Of a stretch of DNA of 64,000 bases, positions 1-10,057 are shown in pieces. Within the stretch, counting starts at the first letter, position 1. Each line of letters opens with the position of its first letter. The position numbers were made by a program, and so were the translations under genes. The notes beneath the pieces were generated by a model. It did no database searches, had not been told where the DNA came from, and saw only the letters and a program-made list of their open reading frames with translations. This stretch comes from Deltaproteobacteria bacterium (GTDB taxonomy: Bacteria; Desulfobacterota; Binatia; UBA1149; JAJCZL01). Where the stretch lies: the NCBI GenBank assembly GCA_029262415.1, contig JAJCZL010000038.1, positions 6,137 through 70,136 on the forward strand, written 5' to 3'.

Positions 1-1487
1 GCACTGCTGTAGTAGGGGCTGCCCTCGCTCTCGTATTTCTCGCGGATCGGCCTGGTGAATTCTTCTTGTTCGGCCTCGTTCATGGCTTTGCCGGACTTCT
101 CGAGTTGGCTCTGCTTGACGGTCAGCAATACCGCAGCGGCTTGTTCACCGCCCATGACCGAGATGCGACCGTTCGGCCACATGAACAACAGACGTGGCGA
201 GTAAGCACGGCCACACATTCCGTAGTTTCCGGCACCATTAGACGCACCGATGATGACGGTGTAGCGCGGTACCTTGGCGTTGGCCACGGCCATCACCATC
301 TTGGCACCATCTTTGGCGATCCCGCGGGCTTCGTACTCGCGGCCGACGATGAAGCCGGTGATGTTTTGCAAAAACACCAGCGGTACGCCGCGTTGTGAAC
401 AAAGCTCTATGAAGTGAGTGGCCTTGAGTGCCGACTCCGAGAACAGTACGCCGTTGTTGGCAACGATCCCGACCGGCATACCGTGGATGCGCGCAAAACC
501 GGTGACTATGGTCGGTCCGTAGCGTGCGCGGAATTCGTGCATACGGCTGCCGTCTACGATACGCGCGATAATCTCGCGAACGTCGAAGGGCTTGCGCGGG
601 TCGGCGGAGACAATTCCATAAATTTCTTCAGGGTCGTAGTAGGGATCTTCGGGGGCCGTCAGGTCCCACGGACACGCCCGGCCTGCGGGGATATTCTCGA
701 AGATCTCGCGTGCGATGCGCAACGCGTGTTCGTCGTTGTCGGCTAAGTGATCGCTGACACCCGACTCTCCGGTGTGTAGTGCGCCGCCGCCGAGGGCCTC
801 GGCGCTTACGTCTTCGCCGGTTGCGGCTTTGACCAGCGGAGGGCCGGCAAGAAAAATCGTGCCTTGCTCTTTGACGATGATGGTCTCGTCGCACATCGCC
901 GGAACGTAGGCGCCGCCCGCCGTACACGAGCCCATCACCACGGCGACCTGCGCTATGCCCGCCGCCGACATGTTCGCCTGGTTATAGAAGATACGACCGA
1001 AGTGGTCGCGGTCGGGAAAGACTTCGTCCTGCATCGGCAAGAAGGCGCCGCCGGAGTCGACCAGGTATACGCAGGGAAGGCGGTTCTCTAGGGCAATTTC
1101 TTGCGCGCGCAGGTGCTTTTTGACCGTCATCGGGTAGTAGGTTCCACCCTTGACGGTCGCGTCGTTGGCGACGATGACCACCCGGCGGCCCGAGACCTGA
1201 CCGATTCCGATGACGATGCCTGCCGAAGGTGCCTCGTCATCGTACAGACCGGCTGCTGCGAGCGCAGCCACCTCGAGAAACGGTGTGCCCGGATCGATCA
1301 GTGCGTCGATGCGGTCGCGCACCAACAGTTTGTCACGGCTGGTATGAAGTTCGCGGGATTTGACCGGGCCGCCTTCGCGGGTGTCGGCCAAACGTCCACT
1401 GAGGTCCTCGACCAGCGCGCGCATCGCAGCCGCGTTGGTTTTAAACTCATGGTCAGATGTGTTGATGCTGCTGGCGATGCGTCTCAC
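1..1487 (-). CDS. Acyl-CoA carboxylase carboxyltransferase (beta) subunit, methylcrotonyl-/propionyl-CoA carboxylase type. The 3' end runs off the window start. Probable GTG start near 1487.
   Basis: My translation of the minus strand gives [24 protein letters not shown]...[19 protein letters not shown]...[15 protein letters not shown]...[12 protein letters not shown]...HPYYSSA, the typical MccB/PccB carboxyltransferase N-terminus and core. This ORF is absent from the supplied track because it has no in-window stop. Confidence 0.75.
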   Translation of the reverse strand, partial: MRRIASSINTSDHEFKTNAAAMRALVEDLSGRLADTREGGPVKSRELHTSRDKLLVRDRIDALIDPGTPFLEVAALAAAGLYDDEAPSAGIVIGIGQVSGRRVVIVANDATVKGGTYYPMTVKKHLRAQEIALENRLPCVYLVDSGGAFLPMQDEVFPDRDHFGRIFYNQANMSAAGIAQVAVVMGSCTAGGAYVPAMCDETIIVKEQGTIFLAGPPLVKAATGEDVSAEALGGGALHTGESGVSDHLADNDEHALRIAREIFENIPAGRACPWDLTAPEDPYYDPEEIYGIVSADPRKPFDVREIIARIVDGSRMHEFRARYGPTIVTGFARIHGMPVGIVANNGVLFSESALKATHFIELCSQRGVPLVFLQNITGFIVGREYEARGIAKDGAKMVMAVANAKVPRYTVIIGASNGAGNYGMCGRAYSPRLLFMWPNGRISVMGGEQAAAVLLTVKQSQLEKSGKAMNEAEQEEFTRPIREKYESEGSPYYSS

Positions 1488-2191
1488 GTTCTGCTCGCGT
1501 CAGCAGGAGCCCGCAGCGACTCTCCGCCGGCCAACTCTTTCAGGACCCCTAGCACGCGGTCTGTGTCGTCGTAGTGCAAGGTCTGCCAGCCAAGCGCACG
1601 CGCGGTTTTGAGGTTGCGGCGGAGGTCGTCGACGAAAAACATCTCGTCGTGGGCGACACCGAGCTGCTCGCGTGTGTGGTCGTAGATTCGCGGTTCGGGT
1701 TTGCGCATACCGAGTTCGCTGGAGTCAACGATGACGTCGAACATCCCTTCGACGTCGAGAATCCGACTCCAAGTCGGGCGCCATTCTACGATGTTGTTGG
1801 TGAGCAGAGCCGTAGGCATCCGCCTGCGGATGGCCTTGATGGCAGCGCAGACCTCGACGCGGATCCGCTCGATCTGCGTCTGCTCGCCGCGTTCGCCCAT
1901 AAACTGACCGGCGAGGTCCATGTCGACTCTTCCGCCGCGTGCGACGATCGCGCTGATCAGGTGTCGGCAGAACTTCTCGAAGGTGATTTCGCCACGCTCG
2001 ATCTCGGCCCAGGGACCGTCGTCACCGAAGACTTCGTCGCGGATCCCCAGCCATTCCGATTCAGGGATGCCGACGCGTTCACCGAAGGCGAGTACGTCGC
2101 TGGGGCCGCCGGCGAGAATCACGCCGCCCATGTCGAAGGCGGCCGCGCGCACACGGGTGGGTTCGATGTCGTGTTCCGGCATAGCCGACAA
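1484..2191 (-). CDS. HAD-superfamily hydrolase
   Basis: 235-aa ORF with an N-terminal FDMGGVIL motif (HAD motif I variant) and overall HAD-like layout. Its stop abuts the carboxyltransferase start. Confidence 0.6.
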   Translation of the reverse strand: MSAMPEHDIEPTRVRAAAFDMGGVILAGGPSDVLAFGERVGIPESEWLGIRDEVFGDDGPWAEIERGEITFEKFCRHLISAIVARGGRVDMDLAGQFMGERGEQTQIERIRVEVCAAIKAIRRRMPTALLTNNIVEWRPTWSRILDVEGMFDVIVDSSELGMRKPEPRIYDHTREQLGVAHDEMFFVDDLRRNLKTARALGWQTLHYDDTDRVLGVLKELAGGESLRAPADASRT

Positions 2192-2245
2192 TCATAGTCG
2201 GGCCGATGAGACGATCAACATCCAGATCCCTGCGGCGCGCCCAAC

Positions 2246-3379
2246 CTAAACGCGCTGCACCAGCCAGATCGTACCCATGACGATGATCGCCAGCGACAGC
2301 GCTAGGCGTACCCGGCGGTGGCCGGCAAAGCGGCCTACCGCGGCGAGCAGCGGGAGCGCGATCACGACGGTGGTGACCTGACCGACCTCGACACCCAGAT
2401 TGAACCCGAGCAGCGGCAGCACCACGTTGCCCGGAGGCAGGCCGATCTCGCGCAAGATCCCGGCGAAACCGAAGCCGTGAACCAGACCGAACAGGAACGT
2501 AACGAGCCAGCGGTGCGAGATATGGCGCCGCAACACGTTTTCACCCGCGACGTAGAGGATGCTCACGGCGATGACGATCTCGACGGGGCGTTGCGGCAAC
2601 GAGAAGACGTCGAGAGCCGCAGAGGCGAGTGTGATGCTGTGGGCTATCGTAAATGCGGTGACGATCGCCGCGGCTTGGCCGAACGCCAATCCCGGAGCCA
2701 GCAGCAGCGCGAGCAGAAACAGCAGGTGATCATATCCGCCCAGTATGTGGTCGATGCCGAGTCTAAAGAAGCTCACAAACCCGCCGGCGCTCGCTTGCTG
2801 CGCCTCGGAGCCGAGGTTGCTTGCAACTGTGTCGGCAGATGTCTGGCCGCCGAGCATCACTACCGGCCGGCTGGGGTCGAATACGTGCGTCCAACGCTCC
2901 TCGCCGCGGCTTATCGTTGCGATGTTCTTGTAGCCGGTGAGGTTGCGGTCAAATGGCCGAAACTCAACGCGCAGGCCGTTGATCTCGAGCGGACAGGTAT
3001 AGCCGAGGACCACCGTTAGGTCGTCGCGGGTGTCGGGTCCGATCAGTTCATCTATCTCAGGCGTGCACGCTTGCCGTCCGCTTTGAATGCGGATGGTCGC
3101 CGACAGCCACTCGAGGATCGAGGCTTCGGCGTCAATGACGGCGCGCCGTTGCACCTCTCCTCTTCCGTTGGCCTCGATGCCGGGTACTAGATGAGCGGCA
3201 AAGCGAAAGCTGTAGGCGAGGTGGGCGCCGGAGATCTTTATATCGGAGTAACTGAGGTTGCCGAGGTGCGCAGACGCGTGCGGCGGTATCACAACTGCGG
3301 TGCACGCGGCGGCGGCCAACGCGAACACGGCGACCGGGCTGACGCGGCTGGTGTGAACGTCTTTCCTACGCGCCGGCAT
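2246..3379 (-). CDS. HupE/UreJ-family membrane protein, long form with an N-terminal periplasmic domain
   Basis: The C-terminal ~175 aa is polytopic with HupE/UreJ-like His-containing helices (GIDHILGGYDHLLFLLALLL...HSITLA...HGFGFAG). I chose the internal Met at 3379, which gives a signal-peptide-like N-terminus; the track ORF extends to 3466. Confidence 0.6.
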   Translation of the reverse strand: MPARRKDVHTSRVSPVAVFALAAAACTAVVIPPHASAHLGNLSYSDIKISGAHLAYSFRFAAHLVPGIEANGRGEVQRRAVIDAEASILEWLSATIRIQSGRQACTPEIDELIGPDTRDDLTVVLGYTCPLEINGLRVEFRPFDRNLTGYKNIATISRGEERWTHVFDPSRPVVMLGGQTSADTVASNLGSEAQQASAGGFVSFFRLGIDHILGGYDHLLFLLALLLAPGLAFGQAAAIVTAFTIAHSITLASAALDVFSLPQRPVEIVIAVSILYVAGENVLRRHISHRWLVTFLFGLVHGFGFAGILREIGLPPGNVVLPLLGFNLGVEVGQVTTVVIALPLLAAVGRFAGHRRVRLALSLAIIVMGTIWLVQRV

Positions 3380-3416
3380 CCGCGTTGTATAGCGCGTGCA
3401 TTGCACGCGTACGAGT

Positions 3417-4544
3417 TCAGTTCCGTTCGAGACCGGCTTCGATGTAGTGCGCGACGACGCGCTCACTGGTGCCGTCGAGGTCGCGGCCTGAGACGATCGA
3501 CATGCCAGAGACCAGGTCGCGAGCAGCCGAGGCCGAGGTATAGCGCCGCAGCAATCGGCGTCCGGTGTTACGGATCGCGACCGTCGCTTCGGCGGCGTGC
3601 AGCGAAGTCAGGTCGCATTGAACCTTGGCTTTCTCGATTCCGCGGCGTTTGAGCAACTGCACGGTGCGGACCACCGAACTGTCAAGTGCGTAGACTTGGA
3701 TAATGAAGTCGAGCAGCTCTTCCATCGCATCGTCGGGAAGCGGTTCGTCGATGGCGCGTAGCAGAGTGAGCACGCGGGCGGCCAACAGTTTTGCTGACTC
3801 GGCGGCCATCTGTTCTTGTCCGAGCACCCAGTCGGGGCGGGCGGTCTCGGGATCGCCGGCGTGTCTGCCGACGAGCGCGGGAAAGTGCGCGTCAGACAGC
3901 GCACCGAGGCTGAGGCCTCCTGTTCCACCGCCGCAGCGGTCGAGCACGGTCTGCGCAATGGTTTTGCGATCAGCTGCGGCACGTGGGCGCGAGTCGCGGA
4001 TTATGACGCGCAGGTACGGGTTTGCGGCGCGTAGCTCACCGAGCAGCCGGTCGGTCGCGTCGGAGAGGTTCTCGTAGGCATAGCGTCGTGTGACCACGAA
4101 TTCGACCGGCAACGCCCGCATCGCGTCTTGCAGCGTTGCTCCGCCCTCGCGGCCCGCGACCCAGTCGATACCGCTGCCGGCGCTCCGGTAGCTCATGCTC
4201 TCGGCCGCGTACAGCCGAGCGGCGGCCAGCGCCGCCACCGCCTTGAGCTTCGAGGTGAAACGCGACGCCGGCAGCACCGACATTGCGTCGAGTGCGTCGA
4301 GAGTGCGCGCGACCGGTGCTCCGCCGAGCACGGAAAGTGATTCTTCCAACAGTGTCGCCCCGCCGTTTTGCGGAACACCGGCGGCAGAAGTGAAGGCTTT
4401 GTGGGCTCGCTGGCAGGCAAGCGTATCTTGAGCGAGTTCTTCCGGAGCCAGAACATCACGCGCGCTGATCGGTTCTACGAGAAAACGAGCGGTATCGTAC
4501 AGTGTGATTGCCACCGCCCTCACACTTTGCACGGGTCGTGCCAC
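3417..4544 (-). CDS. Hypothetical protein (375 aa, mostly alpha-helical; no family recognised)
   Basis: Long ORF with coding-like GC3 bias. Only weak resemblance to acyl-CoA dehydrogenase C-terminal all-alpha domains; no diagnostic motif. Confidence 0.4.
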   Translation of the reverse strand: MARPVQSVRAVAITLYDTARFLVEPISARDVLAPEELAQDTLACQRAHKAFTSAAGVPQNGGATLLEESLSVLGGAPVARTLDALDAMSVLPASRFTSKLKAVAALAAARLYAAESMSYRSAGSGIDWVAGREGGATLQDAMRALPVEFVVTRRYAYENLSDATDRLLGELRAANPYLRVIIRDSRPRAAADRKTIAQTVLDRCGGGTGGLSLGALSDAHFPALVGRHAGDPETARPDWVLGQEQMAAESAKLLAARVLTLLRAIDEPLPDDAMEELLDFIIQVYALDSSVVRTVQLLKRRGIEKAKVQCDLTSLHAAEATVAIRNTGRRLLRRYTSASAARDLVSGMSIVSGRDLDGTSERVVAHYIEAGLERN

Positions 4545-4699
4545 GCGCGAACGGGTGAGGACAGCAAAACCGTCATTAAATAAGGTACATGCAAAAGAGG
4601 GGCACAGACCCGAAGTTGCTCAAATGCAAGAGCTTGGGAATGGCTTGCAGCGCTGCGGCTTACCCGATCGGGTGTCAACGGCGATTGCCCGTAAAGAGA

Positions 4700-5590
4700 T
4701 CAGACCGCCTTGGCTCTGCTTGAGGCGGCGGCAACCGGCGGTCGTTCGAGCGTGCGTTTGGCGTCGCGGTAACCGGCTGCGATCAAGCGCTCGGCGCGTT
4801 CGGGTGTCGAGCTGAACAGTGCCAACGGACTGAAGCCCGAGAGTTCCTCACCGGGTTCGATGATCGTCACCGGCACGTCGTGAAACCTGCCTTCCTCAAT
4901 GCGGGCATATAGGTGCCCCATGTTGCCGATGGTCCGCCACAACACGTCGAGCAGCCGCTTATAGTAACCGAACGTGCTGTCGAATTTGGCGTGGTAGGGC
5001 AGATGGCTCGCTATCGGCGCGAGTACGTAGATTTCAGTGGCGTCAATCTCGAGGGCGTGTTCGAGGGGGATGTTCCAGGCCAGACCGCCGTCGGTGTAGA
5101 ACTCACCGCGAATGTCGACCGGCGGGAAAAGCGGCGGGATCGAGTAGCCGGCGCGCACCACCGAGCGGAGTTCGCGCCAGTCTTTGCACATCTTCTGCGC
5201 CCACATCTCGCCATGCCCACGCGAGAGGTTGAGCAAGATGAACTCCAAGTCCAGGCGCGAGTCGAAGAGCTTGGGAAAGTCGATGAATTCTTCGATCGTC
5301 GTGGCGATGCGGTCGATCGAGAACAGCGAAAGCCCGGTGATTGGGTTGTCCTTGCGGGTTGGGTAGATGACCTTGGAGAGCGAGCTGAAATTCTTCCAGT
5401 GCTCTTCGAGCGCGATGACGCCACCGGTTCCGTACACGCAGCCGTTGATCACGCCGATCGAGCTGCAGATCAGTGCATCGGGTTTGATGCCGATTTCTTC
5501 CAGATATTTGAGCGCGCCGACCTGGTGCGCGCCGAGCGCGGCTCCGCCGCCGAGAATGAAAACCCGTTTACGTCCCGGTACGTCGCTCAT
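4700..5590 (-). CDS. Patatin-like phospholipase
   Basis: Oxyanion-hole box FILGGGAALGAHQVG, a nucleophile-elbow-like CSSIG, and a DGG motif (YTDGGLAWN) in the patatin order. Confidence 0.7.
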   Translation of the reverse strand: MSDVPGRKRVFILGGGAALGAHQVGALKYLEEIGIKPDALICSSIGVINGCVYGTGGVIALEEHWKNFSSLSKVIYPTRKDNPITGLSLFSIDRIATTIEEFIDFPKLFDSRLDLEFILLNLSRGHGEMWAQKMCKDWRELRSVVRAGYSIPPLFPPVDIRGEFYTDGGLAWNIPLEHALEIDATEIYVLAPIASHLPYHAKFDSTFGYYKRLLDVLWRTIGNMGHLYARIEEGRFHDVPVTIIEPGEELSGFSPLALFSSTPERAERLIAAGYRDAKRTLERPPVAAASSRAKAV

Positions 5591-5629
5591 GCCGCGGCTC
5601 CTTCGCTTCGACCACTGGTGGCGTCGCGA

Positions 5630-6532
5630 TCAAAAGAAGATGCTCTTGCGCGCGGCGAGTCCACGCCGCAGCATCGCTTGAATCGTCGATTTCACCTGAT
5701 CGACTTTTTCACGAATGCGTTCGTCGTCGTCGTTGGGGTCGCCTTCGAAGTACATCGGTTCACCGAATTCGATGTGGTAGCGCACCGGCAACGGCCATAT
5801 GCCGAGCGGTCCGAGCCACGGAAACGTCAGCGTGATCGGGAACGCGGGCATGCCGAGCAATTCGCCGAGGCCTTTCAGGTTGGCGATGCCCGGGGCCTGC
5901 TCCTCGCTTCCGACCACTGCGAAGGGGACGATCGGAGTCTCGGATTCCAGCGCCAAACGCATGAAACCCATGCCGAACTCTTGTAGCTGGTAGGCGTCGG
6001 CGTAGGTCTTGTTCATGCCGCGCACGCCTTCGGGAAAAGCGAGCACGCACTCGCCGTGGCGCAGCATGTCGGCGCAGGTCTTGCGTGTTCCCACCGCGCT
6101 GCCGACCCGATCCATGAAAACGTTGAACCAGGGAAGCGTTCCCAGCCAGTATTCGCCCATCGCGCGCGCAAGGCGCGGCGGGTCGGCCTCAAGCACTGTG
6201 GCCGCGCTGACCATTGCTCCGTCAAAGGCGACCTGGCCGGCGTGGTTGCCGATCAAGAGAAAGCTTCCTTCGGGGAAGTGCTCCGTGCCTGTGGTGATGC
6301 AACGGAAGTAGTACCTGTAGAGGAAGGCCGGGATCAGCATCCAGCGTTTGAGTACGTCGGGGTTAAAGCCCCAAGGATCGTAGCCGTACTCGTTTAGATC
6401 GGCCGGAATCGATTCGATGCGCTCGTCGAGTTCCTCGCGCAACTCGGCCCAGAAGTTGCCGGCCGAGGTTAGGCTTGAAAGCGCGTTTTGCAGCAGTCCG
6501 GTCGCTTTCATGTCGTCGTCCGCGTGCTTCAT
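5630..6532 (-). CDS. Lysophospholipid (1-acyl-glycerol-3-phosphate-type) acyltransferase
   Basis: NHAG...D and FPEGVRG acyltransferase blocks. Start taken at MKHADDD (ATG 6532), which overlaps the stop of the upstream epimerase gene by 4 nt (ATGA). The track ORF's longer N-extension is rejected. Confidence 0.65.
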   Translation of the reverse strand: MKHADDDMKATGLLQNALSSLTSAGNFWAELREELDERIESIPADLNEYGYDPWGFNPDVLKRWMLIPAFLYRYYFRCITTGTEHFPEGSFLLIGNHAGQVAFDGAMVSAATVLEADPPRLARAMGEYWLGTLPWFNVFMDRVGSAVGTRKTCADMLRHGECVLAFPEGVRGMNKTYADAYQLQEFGMGFMRLALESETPIVPFAVVGSEEQAPGIANLKGLGELLGMPAFPITLTFPWLGPLGIWPLPVRYHIEFGEPMYFEGDPNDDDERIREKVDQVKSTIQAMLRRGLAARKSIFF

Positions 6533-7446
6533 TGTGCCAGGCTCGAGAAGGTATCGGCCAGCGAGAACAGCGGCTCGAAATCGGTGGCCTCGGTGAAACG
6601 CTTGCCCGAGACGGTACAGGGGTACTTGATGAAGTCGATCGCCTCGGGCGGAAACTGGTAGAGCTTGAAGCGGAACAGTTGCCGGATCAGCGCGTGCGCG
6701 ATCGGTTCCGGGATCGAGATGCGGGTGGCGCCGATTGCTTTCAGGGCCGTCTTGAGCGGAACCGCTCCCGGCCCGACCACATTGAAGACGCCGCGCAGTG
6801 TCTTCTCCAGCGCGAGCACGATAGCTTCGCTGACGTCTTCCTCGTGTATGAACTGCATCATCGGGTTGAACCCGGACACGGTCGGGACGATATCGAGCTT
6901 TAGATAGCCGCCGATGGCGCTGTGTGTATAGTAGCCAAGGGTGTTGACCGGCCGCAGTACGGAGGTGGCAACTTCGGGATAGCGCCATAGAAACGTCGAT
7001 ACCAAGCCTTCGACCTCGGATAGATCGCGCAGGTCGGGGAACGTCCTGGAGATGTTGAGCGAGTGGTCTTCGTCGACGTACATGGGGTTGTCGGCCATCG
7101 CCCCGTAGACATAGGAACTGGAGAGCACGATGACCTGTTTAATGCCGTATGCGGCACAGTGATCGAGCAAGTGGCGGGTGCCGTCTACGTTGACCTCGTG
7201 GCGTACTTGGGGATCGCTGCGGAAATGACGTACAAAGGCGAGGTGGACTACGGCGTCGGGGCGCTCAACGCGGAGCACGTTCTCGAACCGTTTGGTGCGC
7301 AGGTCCATGGTGGTCACGCGGATATCGCGCGGGGCGCCTTCCCAGGGCATTCGGTCGACACCGATGATGTCCCACTGACCTGCCAGACGTTTGGCGAGAA
7401 GTCGGCCCTGTCCGCCCGAGATTCCGGTGATGAGCAGCTTCCTCAT
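6529..7446 (-). CDS. NAD-dependent epimerase/dehydratase (SDR family)
   Basis: N-terminal MRKLLITGISGGQGRLLAKRL Rossmann GxxGxxG and SDR-like core. Start chosen at the internal Met (7446); the track ORF extends to 7530 and would overlap the divergent gene. Confidence 0.65.
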   Translation of the reverse strand: MRKLLITGISGGQGRLLAKRLAGQWDIIGVDRMPWEGAPRDIRVTTMDLRTKRFENVLRVERPDAVVHLAFVRHFRSDPQVRHEVNVDGTRHLLDHCAAYGIKQVIVLSSSYVYGAMADNPMYVDEDHSLNISRTFPDLRDLSEVEGLVSTFLWRYPEVATSVLRPVNTLGYYTHSAIGGYLKLDIVPTVSGFNPMMQFIHEEDVSEAIVLALEKTLRGVFNVVGPGAVPLKTALKAIGATRISIPEPIAHALIRQLFRFKLYQFPPEAIDFIKYPCTVSGKRFTEATDFEPLFSLADTFSSLAQ

Positions 7447-7486
7447 GTTTGCCGCGTGTTTATGACAAATTAGCAGGCCGGGTTCA

Positions 7487-8440
7487 ATGACGCAGCGCGA
7501 GAACAGTTTTAAGGGTGCCATGACAGGCACCGTGGTTGGCGATTGCCTCGGGTACCGGTCCCAAGGCGTGGAGTTCCGTTTGGTCGCCCGTCGCTACCCT
7601 GACGCCGCCAAATTGGCGGCGATCAAGCCGGGCCCGGCAGGTGCAGCGACGCTGATGACGATCGCGGTGGCCGAATCGTTGGCCGCCGAGCCCGAGTTCT
7701 ACCCGGCCGATCTCGCCGCGCGCCTCGCCGCAGCATACCAAGAGGACTGCGGGTTCGGCCGCGGTACCGCCCGCGTGCTGCAACGTCTGCGTGAAGGTGA
7801 GCACTGGAAAAGAGCCGCGCAAGGGCCGGGCGGGCGCGGATCGTTCGGCAACGGTGCGGCGGTACGTAGCGCTCCGATCGGACTGGTGATGCGCGAGGAT
7901 GCCGATAGCCTGCGCTGGACGGCGGAAGAAGCCGCCGCGATCACCCACGATCATGCATTCGGAACCGAAGGGGCGGTCATGCATGCGTACGCCGTCGCGA
8001 TCGCCTCGCTTGCATACCGACGGCAGGTCGACGGCCAAGGCTTTCTGCGTTCGCTGGCCGAAGCAACCAGTGTTCGTGAGTACCGTGCCCGCTACCGCAC
8101 CGCGGCCGAACTGCTCGAGCGCAAGAACCTGACCGCAAAAGCCATCGTAGATCGTCTCGGTAACGCGAGTACAGCGCTGGGTTCGGTCCCGACCGCGGCG
8201 TTTTGCTTTGCCGAGCAGCCCGGTAACTTCGAACGCGCGATGTCGCGCGCGCTCTCACTCGGCGGTTCTGCTTGTGCGATCGCTTCGATGACAGGCGCGC
8301 TGGCCGGGGCTTGCCTCGGCCACGAGGCGATCCCTGTGCCGTGGCGTGACCACCTCGAAGTGCAACAAGCGGTAATCCGGCTTTCCCCGCTTTGGACGAA
8401 AGACTTGCGCAAACCAAGCCCGCGCGAAGAAGGCGCCTGA
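7487..8440 (+). CDS. ADP-ribosylglycohydrolase family protein (DraG-like)
   Basis: N-terminal GAMTGTVVGDCLG box and a helical architecture typical of ADP-ribosylglycohydrolases. Transcribed divergently from the epimerase operon with only ~40 bp between the starts. Confidence 0.55.
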   Translation: MTQRENSFKGAMTGTVVGDCLGYRSQGVEFRLVARRYPDAAKLAAIKPGPAGAATLMTIAVAESLAAEPEFYPADLAARLAAAYQEDCGFGRGTARVLQRLREGEHWKRAAQGPGGRGSFGNGAAVRSAPIGLVMREDADSLRWTAEEAAAITHDHAFGTEGAVMHAYAVAIASLAYRRQVDGQGFLRSLAEATSVREYRARYRTAAELLERKNLTAKAIVDRLGNASTALGSVPTAAFCFAEQPGNFERAMSRALSLGGSACAIASMTGALAGACLGHEAIPVPWRDHLEVQQAVIRLSPLWTKDLRKPSPREEGA

Positions 8441-8447
8441 GAAATTC

Positions 8448-10007
8448 TCAGCCGCCGCTTTTCGGTGACCTCAGCATCTGCGCAACGCTCTTACGCGACC
8501 GGAACAATAGGTTGAGAACCCGGCTGAAACGGCCGGCGGCGTTCTTCATCCCGGGGTACCAGAATACTTCGCCTCTCAAGCCGAAGCGGTCGATGATGAT
8601 CGACTGTTGAACGCAGTACTTGGTGATGCCTTCGGCGCCGTGACGCCGCCCGATGCCGGATTCTTTGATGCCGCCCATCGGGATCTCGGGGATCAGCATG
8701 TGAACCATGTGATCGTTGACGCACACGGCTCCGGCCTCGATGCGGCGTGCGATGTTCATCGCACCACGTTTGTCGCGCGACCACACCGAGGCCGAAAGCC
8801 CGTAGCGCGAGTCGTTGGCCAGGCGCAGCGCTTCTGCATCGTCTTTTACTTTCTGGATCGCGATTACCGGCCCGAAAGTTTCTTCGCGCATCACTTCCAT
8901 ATCGGCGGTTACGTCTACGAGTAGCGTCGGTGTAAACCAAAGGCCGTCGCGGTCGGCCGGCCGCTTGCCGCCGGCCAGTACCCGCGCGCCCTTGCGCTTG
9001 GCCTCTTCGACGTGGCGCTCGACCTTGTCGAGTTGCGGCGCGAAGGTCATCGAGCCGATGTCGGCGCCGTCATCGGGCATGCCTTGTTTGAGCTTGCCGA
9101 GGCGGTCAACGACCATCTCCACGAATTTGTCGTAGATCTTCTCGTGCACGTAGGCGCGTTCGATCGACAGACATACTTGGCCGGAGTTCACCATCGAACC
9201 CCAAACGATACCGTTGGCCGCGCGCTCGAGGTCGGCATCGGCGCAGACGATTGCAGGGTCGTTGCCACCCAGCTCCATCGTGGTGGGTTTTAGTTGCTCG
9301 GCGCATTTGATCTGGATCCTACGGCCGGTCTCAACGCTGCCGGTAAACGAAACCATGTCGACGAAGTCGATCAGGTCCGATCCGGTCTGTCCGTAGCCGG
9401 TCACGCAACTGAGCAGTCCCGGCGGCAGCCCGGCCTCCTCGCCGAGACGGCAGCCGAGTTGGGCGGTGAGCGGGGTGACTTCAGAGGGCTTAATCACCAC
9501 GCCGTTGCCGGCCATCAATGCCGGGATCGCCTCGCCGATGGTCAGAATCAAAGGGAAGTTCCAAGGCGTAATCATGCCGATTACGCCGCGTGGCTTGTAG
9601 GTAGAATAGGCGCGCTTGTTCTTGAAAAGGTGCAGCCGTTGCTCGCAGTCGGCGAGCAAACGCGCGCTTTGCTTAGCCCAAAAGCCGATCGCGTCGCAGG
9701 TGTAGAACAATTCGGCGGAGAACACCTCGCTTTTGGGCTTGCCGGTCTCGCCCGAGAGCGTATTGGCGATCTCGTCTTTACAGTCGATCAGGTGGTCGCG
9801 GAAGCGAACCAGCATCTTGCCGCGTTGTGTATAGCTGAGCGCGGCCCACTGGGTTTGCGCCTGCCTGCACTCGGCAACCGCGCGCTGTACGTCCTCGCGC
9901 GTAGCGACGGGAACCGTCCAGAGTTCTTCGCCCGTTGCCGGGTTAAAAACGGCGATGTTGTCTTTACGGTCGGTGTCGATCGATGCCGTGCGTGCGCTGC
10001 CTGCCAT
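8448..10007 (-). CDS. NAD(P)-dependent aldehyde dehydrogenase
   Basis: FTGSVETGRRI, MELGGNDPAIV and the catalytic GQVCLSIER motifs. Confidence 0.85.
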   Translation of the reverse strand: MAGSARTASIDTDRKDNIAVFNPATGEELWTVPVATREDVQRAVAECRQAQTQWAALSYTQRGKMLVRFRDHLIDCKDEIANTLSGETGKPKSEVFSAELFYTCDAIGFWAKQSARLLADCEQRLHLFKNKRAYSTYKPRGVIGMITPWNFPLILTIGEAIPALMAGNGVVIKPSEVTPLTAQLGCRLGEEAGLPPGLLSCVTGYGQTGSDLIDFVDMVSFTGSVETGRRIQIKCAEQLKPTTMELGGNDPAIVCADADLERAANGIVWGSMVNSGQVCLSIERAYVHEKIYDKFVEMVVDRLGKLKQGMPDDGADIGSMTFAPQLDKVERHVEEAKRKGARVLAGGKRPADRDGLWFTPTLLVDVTADMEVMREETFGPVIAIQKVKDDAEALRLANDSRYGLSASVWSRDKRGAMNIARRIEAGAVCVNDHMVHMLIPEIPMGGIKESGIGRRHGAEGITKYCVQQSIIIDRFGLRGEVFWYPGMKNAAGRFSRVLNLLFRSRKSVAQMLRSPKSGG

Positions 10008-10057
10008 GACGGCAGGCTAGGCGCACGCGGCGGGCCTGTCAAAGAAGGCGGCTGTTG

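Noticed and set aside
4545-4699. AT-richer 155-bp gap as a small RNA or mobile-element remnant
   Set aside because: It looks like an ordinary promoter/spacer between the patatin operon and the downstream hypothetical gene. There are no repeats and no structured motif that I could recognise.
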